DNA of 32,000 nucleotides from Candidatus Electronema halotolerans. Its GTDB lineage: Bacteria; Desulfobacterota; Desulfobulbia; Desulfobulbales; Desulfobulbaceae. Made by a program: the position numbers and the translations under genes. Where the stretch lies: NCBI GenBank assembly GCA_942493095.1, contig OW818675.1:2250001-2282000 (forward strand). The letters run 5' to 3'. Below, piece by piece: positions 1 to 9,669 of this stretch. Numbering within the stretch: position 1 is the stretch's first letter; each line of letters begins with the position of its first letter. The notes under the pieces are model-generated. The model was not told where the DNA came from. It saw only the letters and a list, made by a program, of their open reading frames with translations, and did not search any database.

Positions 1-1605
1 TTCCCAGCTATCCTTGACCGCGTACTCAGCCAAGCCCATTTTCTTGCACAGCTCGCTGCCGATCCACCAAGCCGGCTTGGTATCATACATCGGCTCAATC
101 GCAGGCTGGCGCAGGGCCACGCCGGTTTCGCGGGTCTCAATTTTGAACAGGCCGTCATGCCGCTCCAAATAGGTGCATTCCGGCAGGATGACATCCGCCA
201 TCATGACCGTGTCTGTGGGCAGGATGTCAACCGCGACCATGAAATCAAGGCTGTTGATCGCCCTTTTGGTCTCTTCCGGCGCAGGCAGGCTTTTGAGCAG
301 ATTGGTGCCGCAGACAAACCACGCCTTGATCGGATAGGGCTTGCCGGTGATTGACACCTCCCGCACCACCTGAGTCAGGCCCTCACCGCCAGCAAAGGGA
401 TAATTGCCTTTGATGATCGGGTCCTCATCAGGAATCGGGTATTCAGGAATGCCGTCATTAAACCAAGCCAGCTTGCTCTTGGGCGGCAGCCATATCCCGC
501 CTTCCCGGCCCCAAGAGCCGAGGATGGCGTTGATGATCGCCATAGCCCGCGAACGCTGGGCATCATCGCCATACCAGGCAACGTGACGGCCTGGATGAAT
601 CATGACATTGGGGGCATAGCGGCCAAGATCACGGGCCGCATCAATAATGTCGGCCTCATGCAGCTCGGTTTCCTTGGCGCACCATTCTGCGGTGTACTCT
701 TTGACCGCCTCTTTCAGCTCCTCAAAACCGACCGTGTATTGGGCGACATAGTCCTTGTCATGCCAGCCATTGCTGATGATCAGGTTGATCCAGGTCAGGA
801 GAAGGGCCGTATCTGTGCCTGGCTTGATCGGCAGCCAGAGCGAGGCCTTGGAGGCGGCAGTGGAGTAGCGGGGATCAACGCAGATGATTTTCGCGCCCCT
901 GCCCACGGCCTCGGCAAACTCCTGATTCTGGGAATTGTGCATGTTCTCACCCAGATGAGTGCCAAAGAGAACGATGACCTTGCTGTTTTGCAGATCAACC
1001 CGCTCACAGCTTGAGCCGGGCTTGTGGCCGTAGGTCAGCTCCCAAGCAACATCACGGATGCCTTTGCACTGGGCAAAAGAGGGAAAGGCTATGTTGGCGG
1101 AACCTCTTGCCATGAGCAGGTTGGTGAAATAATCGCCCGGGGAGCCGTGCGAAAGCATGGCCAAGGCTTGCGCGCCGTATTTGTCAGCAACCTTATTGAG
1201 CTGCTCCGCAGTGTAACTCAACGCCTCATCCCAGCTCACCTCATCATACTTGCCCTCGCCGCGCTTGCTGCCCTTCTGGCGGATCATCGGCTTTTTCAGA
1301 CGGTTCTCATCATAAAGCTGGCCAATGCCTGCCTGCCCTCTGGCGCAAAGTTTGCCGTTGCTCTGGGGATGAAAGGGATTGCCCTCCAGCTTGACCACCA
1401 CATCCTCGCCTTTCCTGTTCTTCTTCACCTTGGCGATCACGCCGCATTTCCAGAAGCACATCTCGCAGCTTGTCGCCACATAGCGGACATCGCCGCCCTC
1501 AGCCTCGGCTCTGGCACGGGTCGAGAGAAAGGGCGTGTCGGCAATCAGGGTGCTTCCAGCGGACATGGCGGCCAATTTGAGAAAGTTCCTCCTCGAAAAA
1601 GCCAT
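1..1605 (-). CDS. Molybdopterin oxidoreductase, PsrA/PhsA-like catalytic subunit; Tat signal; C-terminus beyond window edge (partial)
   Basis: My reverse-strand translation from the ATG at 1605 gives MAFSRRNFLKLAAMSAGSTLIADTPFLSTRARAEAEGGDVRYVATSCEMCFWKCGVIAKVKKNRKGEDVVVKLEGNP..., with a twin-arginine motif (SRRNFLK), a 4Fe-4S motif (CEMCFWKCG), GKLCARGQAG and GENMHNSQNQEFAEAVGRGAKIICVDPRYSTAASKASLWLPIKPGTDTALLLTWINLII. It runs off the window start, which is probably why it is missing from the ORF track. Confidence 0.9.
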   Translation of the reverse strand, partial: MAFSRRNFLKLAAMSAGSTLIADTPFLSTRARAEAEGGDVRYVATSCEMCFWKCGVIAKVKKNRKGEDVVVKLEGNPFHPQSNGKLCARGQAGIGQLYDENRLKKPMIRQKGSKRGEGKYDEVSWDEALSYTAEQLNKVADKYGAQALAMLSHGSPGDYFTNLLMARGSANIAFPSFAQCKGIRDVAWELTYGHKPGSSCERVDLQNSKVIVLFGTHLGENMHNSQNQEFAEAVGRGAKIICVDPRYSTAASKASLWLPIKPGTDTALLLTWINLIISNGWHDKDYVAQYTVGFEELKEAVKEYTAEWCAKETELHEADIIDAARDLGRYAPNVMIHPGRHVAWYGDDAQRSRAMAIINAILGSWGREGGIWLPPKSKLAWFNDGIPEYPIPDEDPIIKGNYPFAGGEGLTQVVREVSITGKPYPIKAWFVCGTNLLKSLPAPEETKRAINSLDFMVAVDILPTDTVMMADVILPECTYLERHDGLFKIETRETGVALRQPAIEPMYDTKPAWWIGSELCKKMGLAEYAVKDSWE

Positions 1606-1644
1606 GATATCTCTCCTTGATTGAAAAAAACATAACCACCTGAC

Positions 1645-1667
1645 TGACCGGCCTGCCGCGCCGGTCA
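1645..1667 (-). promoter_or_regulatory. Perfect 8-bp inverted repeat (TGACCGGC-N7-GCCGGTCA) in the 5' UTR of the oxidoreductase; operator or RNA hairpin
   Basis: Seen directly: TGACCGGC CTGCCGC GCCGGTCA. A 7-T run lies about 15 nt downstream on the minus strand. Confidence 0.45.
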
Positions 1668-1705
1668 ATCGGTTTGTAAGAAATGTTCAGATTTAATGAA
1701 CTATG

Positions 1706-1734
1706 CTTCTACACCAAATTGTGGCACCTGTCAA
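1706..1734 (-). promoter_or_regulatory. Candidate sigma70-type promoter upstream of the molybdopterin oxidoreductase
   Basis: Minus strand: TTGACA (1734-1729), 17-nt spacer, TAGAAG (1711-1706). Located in the spacer between the M18 peptidase stop (1820) and the oxidoreductase start (1605). Confidence 0.4.
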
Positions 1735-1819
1735 CGAGCATAATGCGGCCTTTCTCCGTATGATACATGAACAGGCTGTTTTTGTTTTGCTTTTATTTTT
1801 ATGCCACAGTGTGTGCTGT

Positions 1820-3097
1820 TCAGGAGCGGAGGAAATGCCGCAGCACGGCGCAGAGATGCAGGCAGTCAGCGCAGGCGGCAGTCTCCCGGATGGAGTGCAT
1901 GGCCAAGGAGGGAATGCCGACATCCACAGTCTCAACCCCGATGCCGCTGGCGGTCAGCGGGCCGATAGTCGAGCCGCAGCCCATGTCGCTGCGGGAGACA
2001 AAGTCCTGCACCGGCACCCCGGCTTGCGCGCAGATTTGGCGAAATTTGGCAGCGGAAGCAGCAGTGGTGGCGTAGCGTTGGTTGGCATTGAACTTGATCA
2101 CCGGGCCAAGGCCCAGCTTGGGCAGGTGCTGCGGGTCATGCTTGGCGGCAAAGTTGGGATGGACCGCATGGGCGTTGTCCGCAGAGATGAAAAAGGATTG
2201 CCGCAGAACCGTCTGGCGGGCCGCCGCATCTGGCAGCAGCCGTTCGAGCAGCTCCCGCAGGAACGGTCCCTGTGCCCCGGCAGTGCTCATGCTACCCACC
2301 TCCTCATGGTCGTTGAGGACGATCAGGCAGTTTGCCTCTGCTGTCAGCAGGGCCTGAAGAGCGGCAAAGCAGGAAACCAAGTTGTCCAAGCGGGCACTGA
2401 CAAGAAACTCAGCCGCCAGACCAGTCCGGGCGGGCGGGGCAGGATCATAAAAAAACAGCTCATGGTCAATGATGCTGACCGGTTCCGCCTCCGGCTGCTG
2501 GCGGCGGAGCTGGTCGCGCAGGATTTGCTGGAAATCAGCAGGCTCCGCGCCTGCCAAGCCGAGCAACGGGACAATGTCAGTCTGCCTGTTGACCTCCTGC
2601 TGCTTATTGGCCTCGCGGTTGAGGTGGATGGCGAGGCTGGGAATAATGGCCACAGGCCGCTGGAAATCGAGCAAAGCAGAGCAGAGGCTGCCGTCCTTAT
2701 CCTGCCAGCAGACCCGCCCGGCCAAGGACAGCTCCCGGTCAAACCAAGGCCGGAGCAGTACGCCGCCATATATCTCCACGCCGAGCTGGAGGCAGTTCTG
2801 CTCGCGCCGCAGCGGATTGGGTTTGACTTTGAGGCCAGGGCTGTCTGTGTGTGCGCCGATCATCCGCAGGCCGCCTGCCATGTTCTCGCCCGGCCATGTA
2901 AAGCCGATCAGGCTGGAATCATTACGGAGGAGAAAATATTTTCCCACAGGCAGACTGCCCCAGTCCTCCTGTTCATGCAGGCGGGTGAAGCCTGCTGTCT
3001 CCAAGAGCGCGGCACCAGCAGCGGCGGCATGAAAGGCGGTGGGCGAGGTGCTGAGAAAACGAATCAGTCCGGCAAGGCAGTCATTTTTCGGCGACAT
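1820..3097 (-). CDS. apeB: M18 family (aspartyl) aminopeptidase
   Basis: 425-aa ORF with hallmark segments GAHTDSPGLKVKPNP, QRYATTAASAAKFRQICAQAGVPVQDFVSRSDMGCGSTIGP and GIGVETVDVGIPSLAMHSIRETA. Confidence 0.9.
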   Translation of the reverse strand: MSPKNDCLAGLIRFLSTSPTAFHAAAAGAALLETAGFTRLHEQEDWGSLPVGKYFLLRNDSSLIGFTWPGENMAGGLRMIGAHTDSPGLKVKPNPLRREQNCLQLGVEIYGGVLLRPWFDRELSLAGRVCWQDKDGSLCSALLDFQRPVAIIPSLAIHLNREANKQQEVNRQTDIVPLLGLAGAEPADFQQILRDQLRRQQPEAEPVSIIDHELFFYDPAPPARTGLAAEFLVSARLDNLVSCFAALQALLTAEANCLIVLNDHEEVGSMSTAGAQGPFLRELLERLLPDAAARQTVLRQSFFISADNAHAVHPNFAAKHDPQHLPKLGLGPVIKFNANQRYATTAASAAKFRQICAQAGVPVQDFVSRSDMGCGSTIGPLTASGIGVETVDVGIPSLAMHSIRETAACADCLHLCAVLRHFLRS

Positions 3098-3222
3098 AGG
3101 TTTGTTGAAATCTTTCAGTCTGTTAGGAGTTACGCAGTTGCATGAAGATTGACAGGATCAAGTGTATAAATCGGCTCTGAATTGCATCCCGGATAATTGA
3201 AGTTTTTGCCTCGAACCACAAG

Positions 3223-3987
3223 TCAGCGGGGACGCAACGTGCGGCGATGGCCAAGAACATGCAGCAGCCAGTCAAAGCCGAATTTAAGCAGCTCGCTGTC
3301 CTCCTGCTCAATCCGGCGGCGGCGGTCGCGCTCCAGCCTGAAGGCGGCCAAAAGATTGTGCTGCTCCACATATTCACGGAAGGCATCAAGGTTGTAGCAA
3401 ACCATGAAGGCGAGCTGCTGAAGCGGCCCGGCCTGCCCTTCCCCCTGCCACGGATTGCTGGCAAACAGGGCATCCACCTCGGCCCAGAGATCGTTGAAGA
3501 GATTGAAATCAAAGAGCTGCTGCTCGCGCTCCCACTGCTTGACCGTGCAGGCGTGCTTCTCCAAATGGCCTTTGCAATAGGAATGCTGGGTCAAAAACCA
3601 GCGGCTGCGCAAGGTGCCGTCAGCCGTCTTTTCCACAGCTCGCTCCAAGGGATAGGTGCGGCAGGCCGAAGGCCGGTCTTTATACATTGAGCAGCCCTGC
3701 TCAGTGAGAAACGGACAAAGATGCTCGCCATCAGGGCGCATGTTGAGCATCACGGCAGGAAAAAACGGATGCGCTCCTTGGCCCAAGCGGGTGTGCTCTT
3801 GAAGAAACGCTGCTGAGTGCATGGCCAGCCGCGTCTTTAAGCGCAGGACATCGTAAGGAAAAAGCCGCAGCTCGACTTGGCGGCAGCAGGAGAGAAAGCA
3901 GCTCACGCCCGCATGGCAGCGGAACGAAAACGGCTCCTTGCCCAGCTCCGGCCACGCGGAAACGGCATGTTCAGTATCTTCACGCAT
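3223..3987 (-). CDS. YkgJ-family cysteine-cluster protein (putative zinc/iron-chelating)
   Basis: 254-aa ORF with CHAGVSCFLSCCRQVELRLFPYDVLRLK and CPFLTEQGCSMYKDRPSACRTYPLE, typical of the YkgJ/UPF0153 family. Start codon uncertain (see findings). Confidence 0.75.
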   Translation of the reverse strand: MREDTEHAVSAWPELGKEPFSFRCHAGVSCFLSCCRQVELRLFPYDVLRLKTRLAMHSAAFLQEHTRLGQGAHPFFPAVMLNMRPDGEHLCPFLTEQGCSMYKDRPSACRTYPLERAVEKTADGTLRSRWFLTQHSYCKGHLEKHACTVKQWEREQQLFDFNLFNDLWAEVDALFASNPWQGEGQAGPLQQLAFMVCYNLDAFREYVEQHNLLAAFRLERDRRRRIEQEDSELLKFGFDWLLHVLGHRRTLRPR

Positions 3988-3990
3988 GAG

Positions 3991-4044
3991 AAAAAGAAAA
4001 AGCCGGTCTGATGAAGGTCATCAAACCGGCTGGGATGTTTTTTT
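3991..4044. terminator. Strong, probably bidirectional, intrinsic terminator at the end of the ribosomal protein cluster
   Basis: AGCCGGT(4001-4007) C TGATGA AGG TCATCA A ACCGGCT(4025-4031). Minus strand continues directly into TTTTTCTTTTT; plus strand has T7 at 4038-4044. Confidence 0.85.
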
Positions 4045-4066
4045 ACAGCAACAGACTGCTGTCTGC

Positions 4067-4465
4067 TTATTCTGCGTCGCTGCTCTGGCTCTGCTCCGTT
4101 GCAGGCTCTTCGTAATTGACCAATTCAATCAGGGCCATGGGCGCAGCATCGCCGGGCCGGTTGCCGGTGCGGATGATGCGGGTGTAGCCGCCCTGACGCT
4201 CGGCATACTGTGGAGCCAGCTCCTTGAAGAGCTTGGTGACAATGCTCTTGGAGCGGATGTAGGCTGCTGCCTGCCGCTGGGCATGGAGATCGCCGCGCTT
4301 GCCAAGGGTGATCATCTTTTCCGCCACCCGCCGAGTTTCCTTGGCCTTGGGCAACGTGGTGACAATCCGCTCGTGCTCCAGCAAAGAGGTGACGATATTG
4401 CGCAGCATGGCCATGCGATGGGCTGAATTCCGGCTCAGTTTTCTGCCCGATTTTCTATGTCTCAT
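4067..4465 (-). CDS. rplQ: 50S ribosomal protein L17
   Basis: [59 protein letters not shown]; track ORF extends to 4486, but the internal ATG matches the canonical L17 start. Confidence 0.97.
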   Translation of the reverse strand: MRHRKSGRKLSRNSAHRMAMLRNIVTSLLEHERIVTTLPKAKETRRVAEKMITLGKRGDLHAQRQAAAYIRSKSIVTKLFKELAPQYAERQGGYTRIIRTGNRPGDAAPMALIELVNYEEPATEQSQSSDAE

Positions 4466-4522
4466 TTTTCTGTCCTTGTCTGTCAAAAAATCAAAGGGTC
4501 AAACAGCCGACACCTGACAATG

Positions 4523-5575
4523 TCACTCGTCCTCGTAGTCCTTGTCCCGTTCCCGCTCATCCGGCGGAATCCAGCCTTCAAGGTTCATGTTGAGGCTCAG
4601 GTTGTGCTGGGCCAGCAGGGCTTTGATCTCGTTGAGCGATTTGCGGCCAAAGTTCTTGGTCTTCAGCATTTCGGCATCTGTTTTCTGCACAAGCTGGCCG
4701 ATATACTGAATATCCGCATTTTTCAGGCAGTTGGCCGAACGGACGGAAAGCTCCAAATCCTCGACATTTTTATCAAGAAAGGCTGGATGATCAGCAGAAT
4801 CGCCATCGCCTTTCAGCCGCTCCGGGATGTCCGCCTCCTGCTCATTGAAATTGATGAAGATGGTCATCTGCTCCTTGAGAATCTTGGCCGCATACGCCAA
4901 GGCGTTCTCCGGCAGCACCGAGCCGTCAGTCTCAATTTCCAAGGTCAGGCGGTCATAGTCTGTGTGCTGGCCGACGCGGGCCTGACTGACCACGTGCTGA
5001 ATGCGGCGGATCGGCGAAAAGGCGGCATCAATTGGAATCACGCCAATGGGCTGATCCTCTTTTTTGTTCCATTCCGCCGAGACATAGCCCTTGCCCCACT
5101 GAATCTCCAATTCCGCCTGAAAAGTGGTATTTTCTCCGGTGATGGTGCAGATCGGCTGCTCAGGATTCATGATCTCCACCCCGGCACCGCCATCGATATC
5201 TGCCGCTGTCACTGGGCCGGGGCCGGTTTTTTTGATGAAGGCGACTCTTGCCTCCGAGGAGTTCAGCTTGGGCTGCACCTGCTTCAGATTGAGAATAATC
5301 TCAGCAACATCCTCGTGGACACCGTCAATGGTTGTGAACTCATGATCCGCCCCCTCGATGCGCACCGAAGTGATGGCGGCCCCACGGATGGACGACAAGA
5401 GTATCCTGCGCAGCGCATTGCCGATGGTCGCGGCGAAACCACGCTCCAGAGGCTGGCAGGTGAATTTGCCAAACCTGCTTGTATGCGTGTTTTTGGCAAC
5501 CTCCAGCCGTTCCGGCATAACCAAGTTATGCCAGTTCTTGTAAAAGGGATTGTCATCCCGGATTTCCTGTGCCAT
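4523..5575 (-). CDS. rpoA: DNA-directed RNA polymerase subunit alpha
   Basis: 350 aa; [36 protein letters not shown] and the C-terminal domain [44 protein letters not shown]. Confidence 0.98.
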   Translation of the reverse strand: MAQEIRDDNPFYKNWHNLVMPERLEVAKNTHTSRFGKFTCQPLERGFAATIGNALRRILLSSIRGAAITSVRIEGADHEFTTIDGVHEDVAEIILNLKQVQPKLNSSEARVAFIKKTGPGPVTAADIDGGAGVEIMNPEQPICTITGENTTFQAELEIQWGKGYVSAEWNKKEDQPIGVIPIDAAFSPIRRIQHVVSQARVGQHTDYDRLTLEIETDGSVLPENALAYAAKILKEQMTIFINFNEQEADIPERLKGDGDSADHPAFLDKNVEDLELSVRSANCLKNADIQYIGQLVQKTDAEMLKTKNFGRKSLNEIKALLAQHNLSLNMNLEGWIPPDERERDKDYEDE

Positions 5576-5593
5576 GCAAGACCTGCCCTTGGG

Positions 5594-6223
5594 TTACTTG
5601 GAGTACAGTTCGACAATAAGATGCTCGTTGATCGGCATGGTGATCTCATCCCGAACCGGGGCTGTCTTGACCGTGCCCTTGAAATTGGCCTTGTCCAATT
5701 CAAGCCAGCCCGGCACGCCCCGGCGGACCGCGCCTTCGAGATTCTCCACCACGAGAGGATTCTTGCGGCTTTTTTCTTTCATGGTGATCACGCAGCCTGC
5801 CTTCACCTGAAAGGAAGGAATATCAACTTTTTTGCCGTTGACCTGAAAATGATTGTGACGGATGAGCTGTCTGGCCTGATCACGGGAGCTGGCAAAGCCG
5901 AGCCGGTAGATCACATTGTCAAGACGGCATTCGAGCATGGCCAGCAGGTTGTGGCCCGTGACCCCTTTTTTCCGGTCAGCTTCATGAAAATAGCGGCGGA
6001 ACTGGCCTTCGAGCATGCCGTAGATATGCTTGACCTTCTGCTTTTCCCGGAGCTGGATCGCATAGTCAGAGCTTTTCTTGAACTGATTCTGTCCATGCTG
6101 GCCCGGCGCATAAGCACGGCGTTCAAAAGAGCATTTATCAGAATGACAGCGCTCGCCCTTCAAGTACAGCTTGAGATTCTCCCTTCTGCACATCCTGCAT
6201 GAAGCTCCCGTATATCTGGCCAC
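5594..6223 (-). CDS. rpsD: 30S ribosomal protein S4 (GTG start)
   Basis: 209 aa; [24 protein letters not shown] and [40 protein letters not shown] start preceded by GGAGG. Confidence 0.98.
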   Translation of the reverse strand: MARYTGASCRMCRRENLKLYLKGERCHSDKCSFERRAYAPGQHGQNQFKKSSDYAIQLREKQKVKHIYGMLEGQFRRYFHEADRKKGVTGHNLLAMLECRLDNVIYRLGFASSRDQARQLIRHNHFQVNGKKVDIPSFQVKAGCVITMKEKSRKNPLVVENLEGAVRRGVPGWLELDKANFKGTVKTAPVRDEITMPINEHLIVELYSK

Positions 6224-6321
6224 TTCAACAATCCTCCAAAAGCAAAAAAAATCAGTATCGGTTTTACGCTGCGGTCAGCACTGCGCTGGCAGCGACCGTA
6301 CAAAAAACAGCAGAAGTCCCT

Positions 6322-6723
6322 TCAAACCCGCCGACGTTTAGGCGGCTTGCAGCCATTGTGAGGAACCGGGGTGACATCAACAATTTTGCTGACTTCCAGA
6401 TCAGTGCCGCTCAGGGCGCGCAGGGCGGATTCACGGCCCGGCCCAGGGCCTTTGACCCGCACCTCCACTTTGCGCAGGCCATGCTCCTTGGCTTTGGCCA
6501 CTGCATCGCTCAGAGCGTTCTGGGCTGCGAACGGGGTTGATTTGCGGGAGCCTTTGAAGCCGATCACGCCCGCACTGGACCACGACAGGACATTGCCGAG
6601 CTTGTCGGACACAGTGACTAACGTGTTGTTGAAGGTCGAATAAATAAAGACTATCCCCTCCTGAACGTTCTTCCGTTCACGACGGGTTTTGCCCTTGGCC
6701 GCGCCTTTTTTCTCTTTTGCCAT
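6322..6723 (-). CDS. rpsK: 30S ribosomal protein S11
   Basis: 133 aa; [42 protein letters not shown], ending [18 protein letters not shown]. Confidence 0.98.
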   Translation of the reverse strand: MAKEKKGAAKGKTRRERKNVQEGIVFIYSTFNNTLVTVSDKLGNVLSWSSAGVIGFKGSRKSTPFAAQNALSDAVAKAKEHGLRKVEVRVKGPGPGRESALRALSGTDLEVSKIVDVTPVPHNGCKPPKRRRV

Positions 6724-6756
6724 GTTTGCTCCGTTCCTTGTTCAGGCTGCTACTGT

Positions 6757-7104
6757 TCAGCGTTTCGGCCCTTTGCGGGTCCTGGCATTGGTTTTGGTCC
6801 GCTGACCACGACAGGGAAGTCCTTGCCGATGCCGACGGCCCCGGTAGGTGCCAAGGTCAACCAGCCGCTTGATGTCCATTGCCACTTCGCGCCGCTTGTC
6901 ACCCTCGACCATATACTCAGCCTCGATGATCAGCCTGATGCGGTTGATATCATCGCCGCTCAGATCGTCCGAGTTCATCTGGTAGGGCAGATCCGCCTTG
7001 TCCAGAATCTTCCGGGCGGTTGTCAGGCCTATGCCGTAAATATAGGTCAAGGCCCTGTCCATGTGCTTGTTCCGTGGCAAATCCACGCCTGCTATACGTG
7101 CCAA
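6757..7104 (-). CDS. rpsM: 30S ribosomal protein S13
   Basis: 115 aa; [26 protein letters not shown]... ending [14 protein letters not shown]. Confidence 0.97.
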   Translation of the reverse strand: MARIAGVDLPRNKHMDRALTYIYGIGLTTARKILDKADLPYQMNSDDLSGDDINRIRLIIEAEYMVEGDKRREVAMDIKRLVDLGTYRGRRHRQGLPCRGQRTKTNARTRKGPKR

Positions 7105-7139
7105 GATTCTGCTCCTCGTCTCTTTATTGTCTGCGGGAA

Positions 7140-7253
7140 CTAACCCTGCCGCTGCTTATGCTTCGCATTCTTACAGGTGACCCGGACCACGCCCTTGCGT
7201 TTGTGGATTTTGCAGTCACTGCATATTTTTTTTACAGATGCCCGTACTTTCAT
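7140..7253 (-). CDS. rpmJ: 50S ribosomal protein L36 (below the ORF-track length cutoff)
   Basis: Manual reverse translation: [37 protein letters not shown] (37 aa); canonical position between infA and rpsM. Confidence 0.95.
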   Translation of the reverse strand: MKVRASVKKICSDCKIHKRKGVVRVTCKNAKHKQRQG

Positions 7254-7274
7254 AATCAGCTTCCTCTTCGGTGA

Positions 7275-7511
7275 TCATTTGCCCCTGCCGCCCCCTTTGG
7301 AGCGGAAGGTGACGCGCCCTCTGGTCAGATCATAAGGAGACAGCTCCACTGTCACCCGGTCGCCAGGGAGAATTTTGATGTAGTGCATCCGCATCTTGCC
7401 GGAAATATGCGCCAAAACCCGATGTCCGTTGTCCAATTCAACCCGGAACATGGCGTTCGGCAGCGGCTCGATGATCGTGCCCTCAACTTCAATGGCTTCT
7501 TCTTTTGCCAT
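7275..7511 (-). CDS. infA: Translation initiation factor IF-1
   Basis: 78 aa; [70 protein letters not shown]. Confidence 0.97.
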   Translation of the reverse strand: MAKEEAIEVEGTIIEPLPNAMFRVELDNGHRVLAHISGKMRMHYIKILPGDRVTVELSPYDLTRGRVTFRSKGGGRGK

Positions 7512-7536
7512 ACGCTTTCAATCCAATCTCTTATTT

Positions 7537-8346
7537 TCAGGAGGCAGGAGCTGTTGCGCAGTCTTTTTCCCGCCTGCTCAAGACCAGCGGCCCTGCCGCT
7601 GTCGCCGCCACCGAATGCTCAAAATGGGCTGAAGGCTGCCGGTCCGCAGTGACCACGGTCCAGCCGTCTTTCAGCACCTTGATTTTATGGGTTCCGGCAT
7701 TGATCATCGGCTCAATGGCCAGCACCATGCCCTCAATAATTCTTGGCGACGACTTGTCCTTCTGAACATAGTTGGGCACTTCCGGCCCCTCATGCAGACT
7801 GGAGCCGATGCCGTGGCCAACAAACTCGCGCACCACTGAATAGCCATGCTGCTCCGCATGCTGCTGCACAGCCCGCGAAATATCGGCAACCCGGTTGCCG
7901 ACCCTGACCTGCTGCACGCCCAGTTCCAAGGCCTGCCGGGTCACAGCAAGGAGCCGCTTCTTTTTCTCCGAAATTGCGCCGACAGGAATCGTCACCGCCG
8001 CATCGCCGTAAAAGCCCTGATACAGGACACCGAAGTCAACAGAAACAATGTCGCCTTCGCGCAGCTTGTTTTTTTTCGAGGCAATGCCATGCACCACTTC
8101 CTCGTTGATGGAGACGCAGAGATTGCCGGGAAAACCACGATAGCCCCGAAACGCAGGCACTGCCCCATGATCCCGGCAATATTCTCCGGCCCAGCGGTCC
8201 AGCTGCATGGTGCTCAAGCCCGGCGAAATGTTCTCTTCGAGCATCAGCAGGACACCGGCCACAATCTGATTGGCCTGCCGCATGATCTCGATTTCAGCGT
8301 CGGTCTTGACCGTGATGCGCTTTTCCTGTTCTTCTGCCGTAGTCAC
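7537..8346 (-). CDS. map: Methionine aminopeptidase type I
   Basis: 269 aa; SINEEVVHGI, GDIVSVDFGVLYQGFYGDAAVTIPVG, VVREFVGHGIGSSLHEGPEVPNY, GMVLAIEPMI. Confidence 0.97.
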   Translation of the reverse strand: MTTAEEQEKRITVKTDAEIEIMRQANQIVAGVLLMLEENISPGLSTMQLDRWAGEYCRDHGAVPAFRGYRGFPGNLCVSINEEVVHGIASKKNKLREGDIVSVDFGVLYQGFYGDAAVTIPVGAISEKKKRLLAVTRQALELGVQQVRVGNRVADISRAVQQHAEQHGYSVVREFVGHGIGSSLHEGPEVPNYVQKDKSSPRIIEGMVLAIEPMINAGTHKIKVLKDGWTVVTADRQPSAHFEHSVAATAAGPLVLSRREKDCATAPAS

Positions 8347-8352
8347 GAGGGT

Positions 8353-9666
8353 TCAGCGTCCGCCCCTGCCGCCGCTGAATTTGCCGCCCTTCATAAAGCC
8401 GTCGTAACTGCGCATCACAAGATGCGACTGCACTTGGGAAATGGTGTCAATGGCCACGCCGACCACAATCAGCAAGGCCGTGCCGCCAAAGTAAAAGGGC
8501 ACATTGAACCTATGAATCAGAATGGTCGGCAGGACACAGACTGCGGCGAGATAGATCGCTCCGACCACGGTCAGGCGGATCAGAACTTTGTCAATGAATT
8601 CAGCGGATTTTTTCCCAGGCCGGATGCCGGGAATGAAGCCGCCGTTCTTCTTCAGATTCTCGGCCACATCTTCAGGATTGAAGGTGACAGCGGTGTAGAA
8701 AAAGCAGAAGAAGACGATCATGCCCACATACAGGGTGTAATAATAAATGGTTCCCGGCGACAGTTGCGCAGAAACCCGCTGCACCCAGTCAATTTGAATG
8801 AACGAGCCGATTGTGGCTGGAAACATCATGATTGACGAGGCAAAGATGGGCGGAATAACCCCGGAGATGTTGATTTTCAGCGGCAGATGAGAGGCCTGGC
8901 CGCCGTAAACCCTTCTTCCCACCACCCGTTTGGCATATTGAATGGGAATCTTGCGCTGGGCTGTCTCGCAATAGACGATGAAGGCCACAACAGCAAACAT
9001 CATGATCAGCAGGATCGGCACAAGAATAAAAGGAATCTCGCCGGTCTTGATGATCTGAATCGAGTTGACAATCGCGGCCGGCATTCTGGCAATGATGCCT
9101 GCGTAAATAATCATGGAAATGCCGTTGCCAATGCCCCGTTCCGTCATCTGCTCGCCCAGCCACATGATGAACGAAGTGCCTGAAGTCAGGGTCAGCACGG
9201 TCATGAATTTAAAGTCCAAGCCCGGATGCAGCACAATGGGCGCGCCGTCCGGAGCACTCATCTGCTCCAAGCCGGAGGCAATGAAAAAGCCCTGCACCAA
9301 AGCCAGGCCAACTGTGCTGTAACGGGTGTATTGGGTGATCTTGCGCTGCCCTGCCGCTCCTTCTTTTTTCAGGCTCTCCAACTGGGGAATGACCACAGTC
9401 AGCAGCTGAATGATGATGGAGGCGGAGATGTAGGGCATGATGCCCAAGGCGAAAATGGAAAAGTTATGCAGCGCACCGCCGGAAAACATGTTGAACATGC
9501 CGAACAGCGTGCCAGCATTTTGCGCAAAAAAAGCGGATAGAGCCTCACCGTTGATGCCCGGCGTGGGTATCTGCACCCCCATCCGATAGACCAGCAGCAT
9601 CAGCAGGGTAAAGACTGCCCGCTTGCGAAGCTCCGGGATGTTGGCCGCGCTGGCAAGTCCGCTCAT
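8353..9666 (-). CDS. secY: Protein translocase subunit SecY
   Basis: 437 aa; MGVQIPTPGIN, FALGIMPYISASIIIQLL, YTRYSTVGLALVQ, GERGIGNGISMIIYAGI. Confidence 0.98.
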   Translation of the reverse strand: MSGLASAANIPELRKRAVFTLLMLLVYRMGVQIPTPGINGEALSAFFAQNAGTLFGMFNMFSGGALHNFSIFALGIMPYISASIIIQLLTVVIPQLESLKKEGAAGQRKITQYTRYSTVGLALVQGFFIASGLEQMSAPDGAPIVLHPGLDFKFMTVLTLTSGTSFIMWLGEQMTERGIGNGISMIIYAGIIARMPAAIVNSIQIIKTGEIPFILVPILLIMMFAVVAFIVYCETAQRKIPIQYAKRVVGRRVYGGQASHLPLKINISGVIPPIFASSIMMFPATIGSFIQIDWVQRVSAQLSPGTIYYYTLYVGMIVFFCFFYTAVTFNPEDVAENLKKNGGFIPGIRPGKKSAEFIDKVLIRLTVVGAIYLAAVCVLPTILIHRFNVPFYFGGTALLIVVGVAIDTISQVQSHLVMRSYDGFMKGGKFSGGRGGR

Positions 9667-9669
9667 AGC

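Noticed and set aside
1703-3145. 480-aa plus-strand ORF with a hydrophobic N-terminal stretch (FVLLLFLCHSVCC) resembling a signal peptide
   Set aside because: Almost completely antisense to the confident M18 aminopeptidase; the hydrophobic start falls in an AT-rich spacer and the remainder has no domain features.
4457-6202. 581-aa plus-strand ORF
   Set aside because: Lies fully antisense to rpoA and rpsD, both unambiguous. Long antisense ORFs are expected in GC-rich genes with strong third-position bias; no recognisable domain.
7846-8835. 329-aa plus-strand ORF
   Set aside because: Antisense to map and secY; composition consistent with a shadow ORF.
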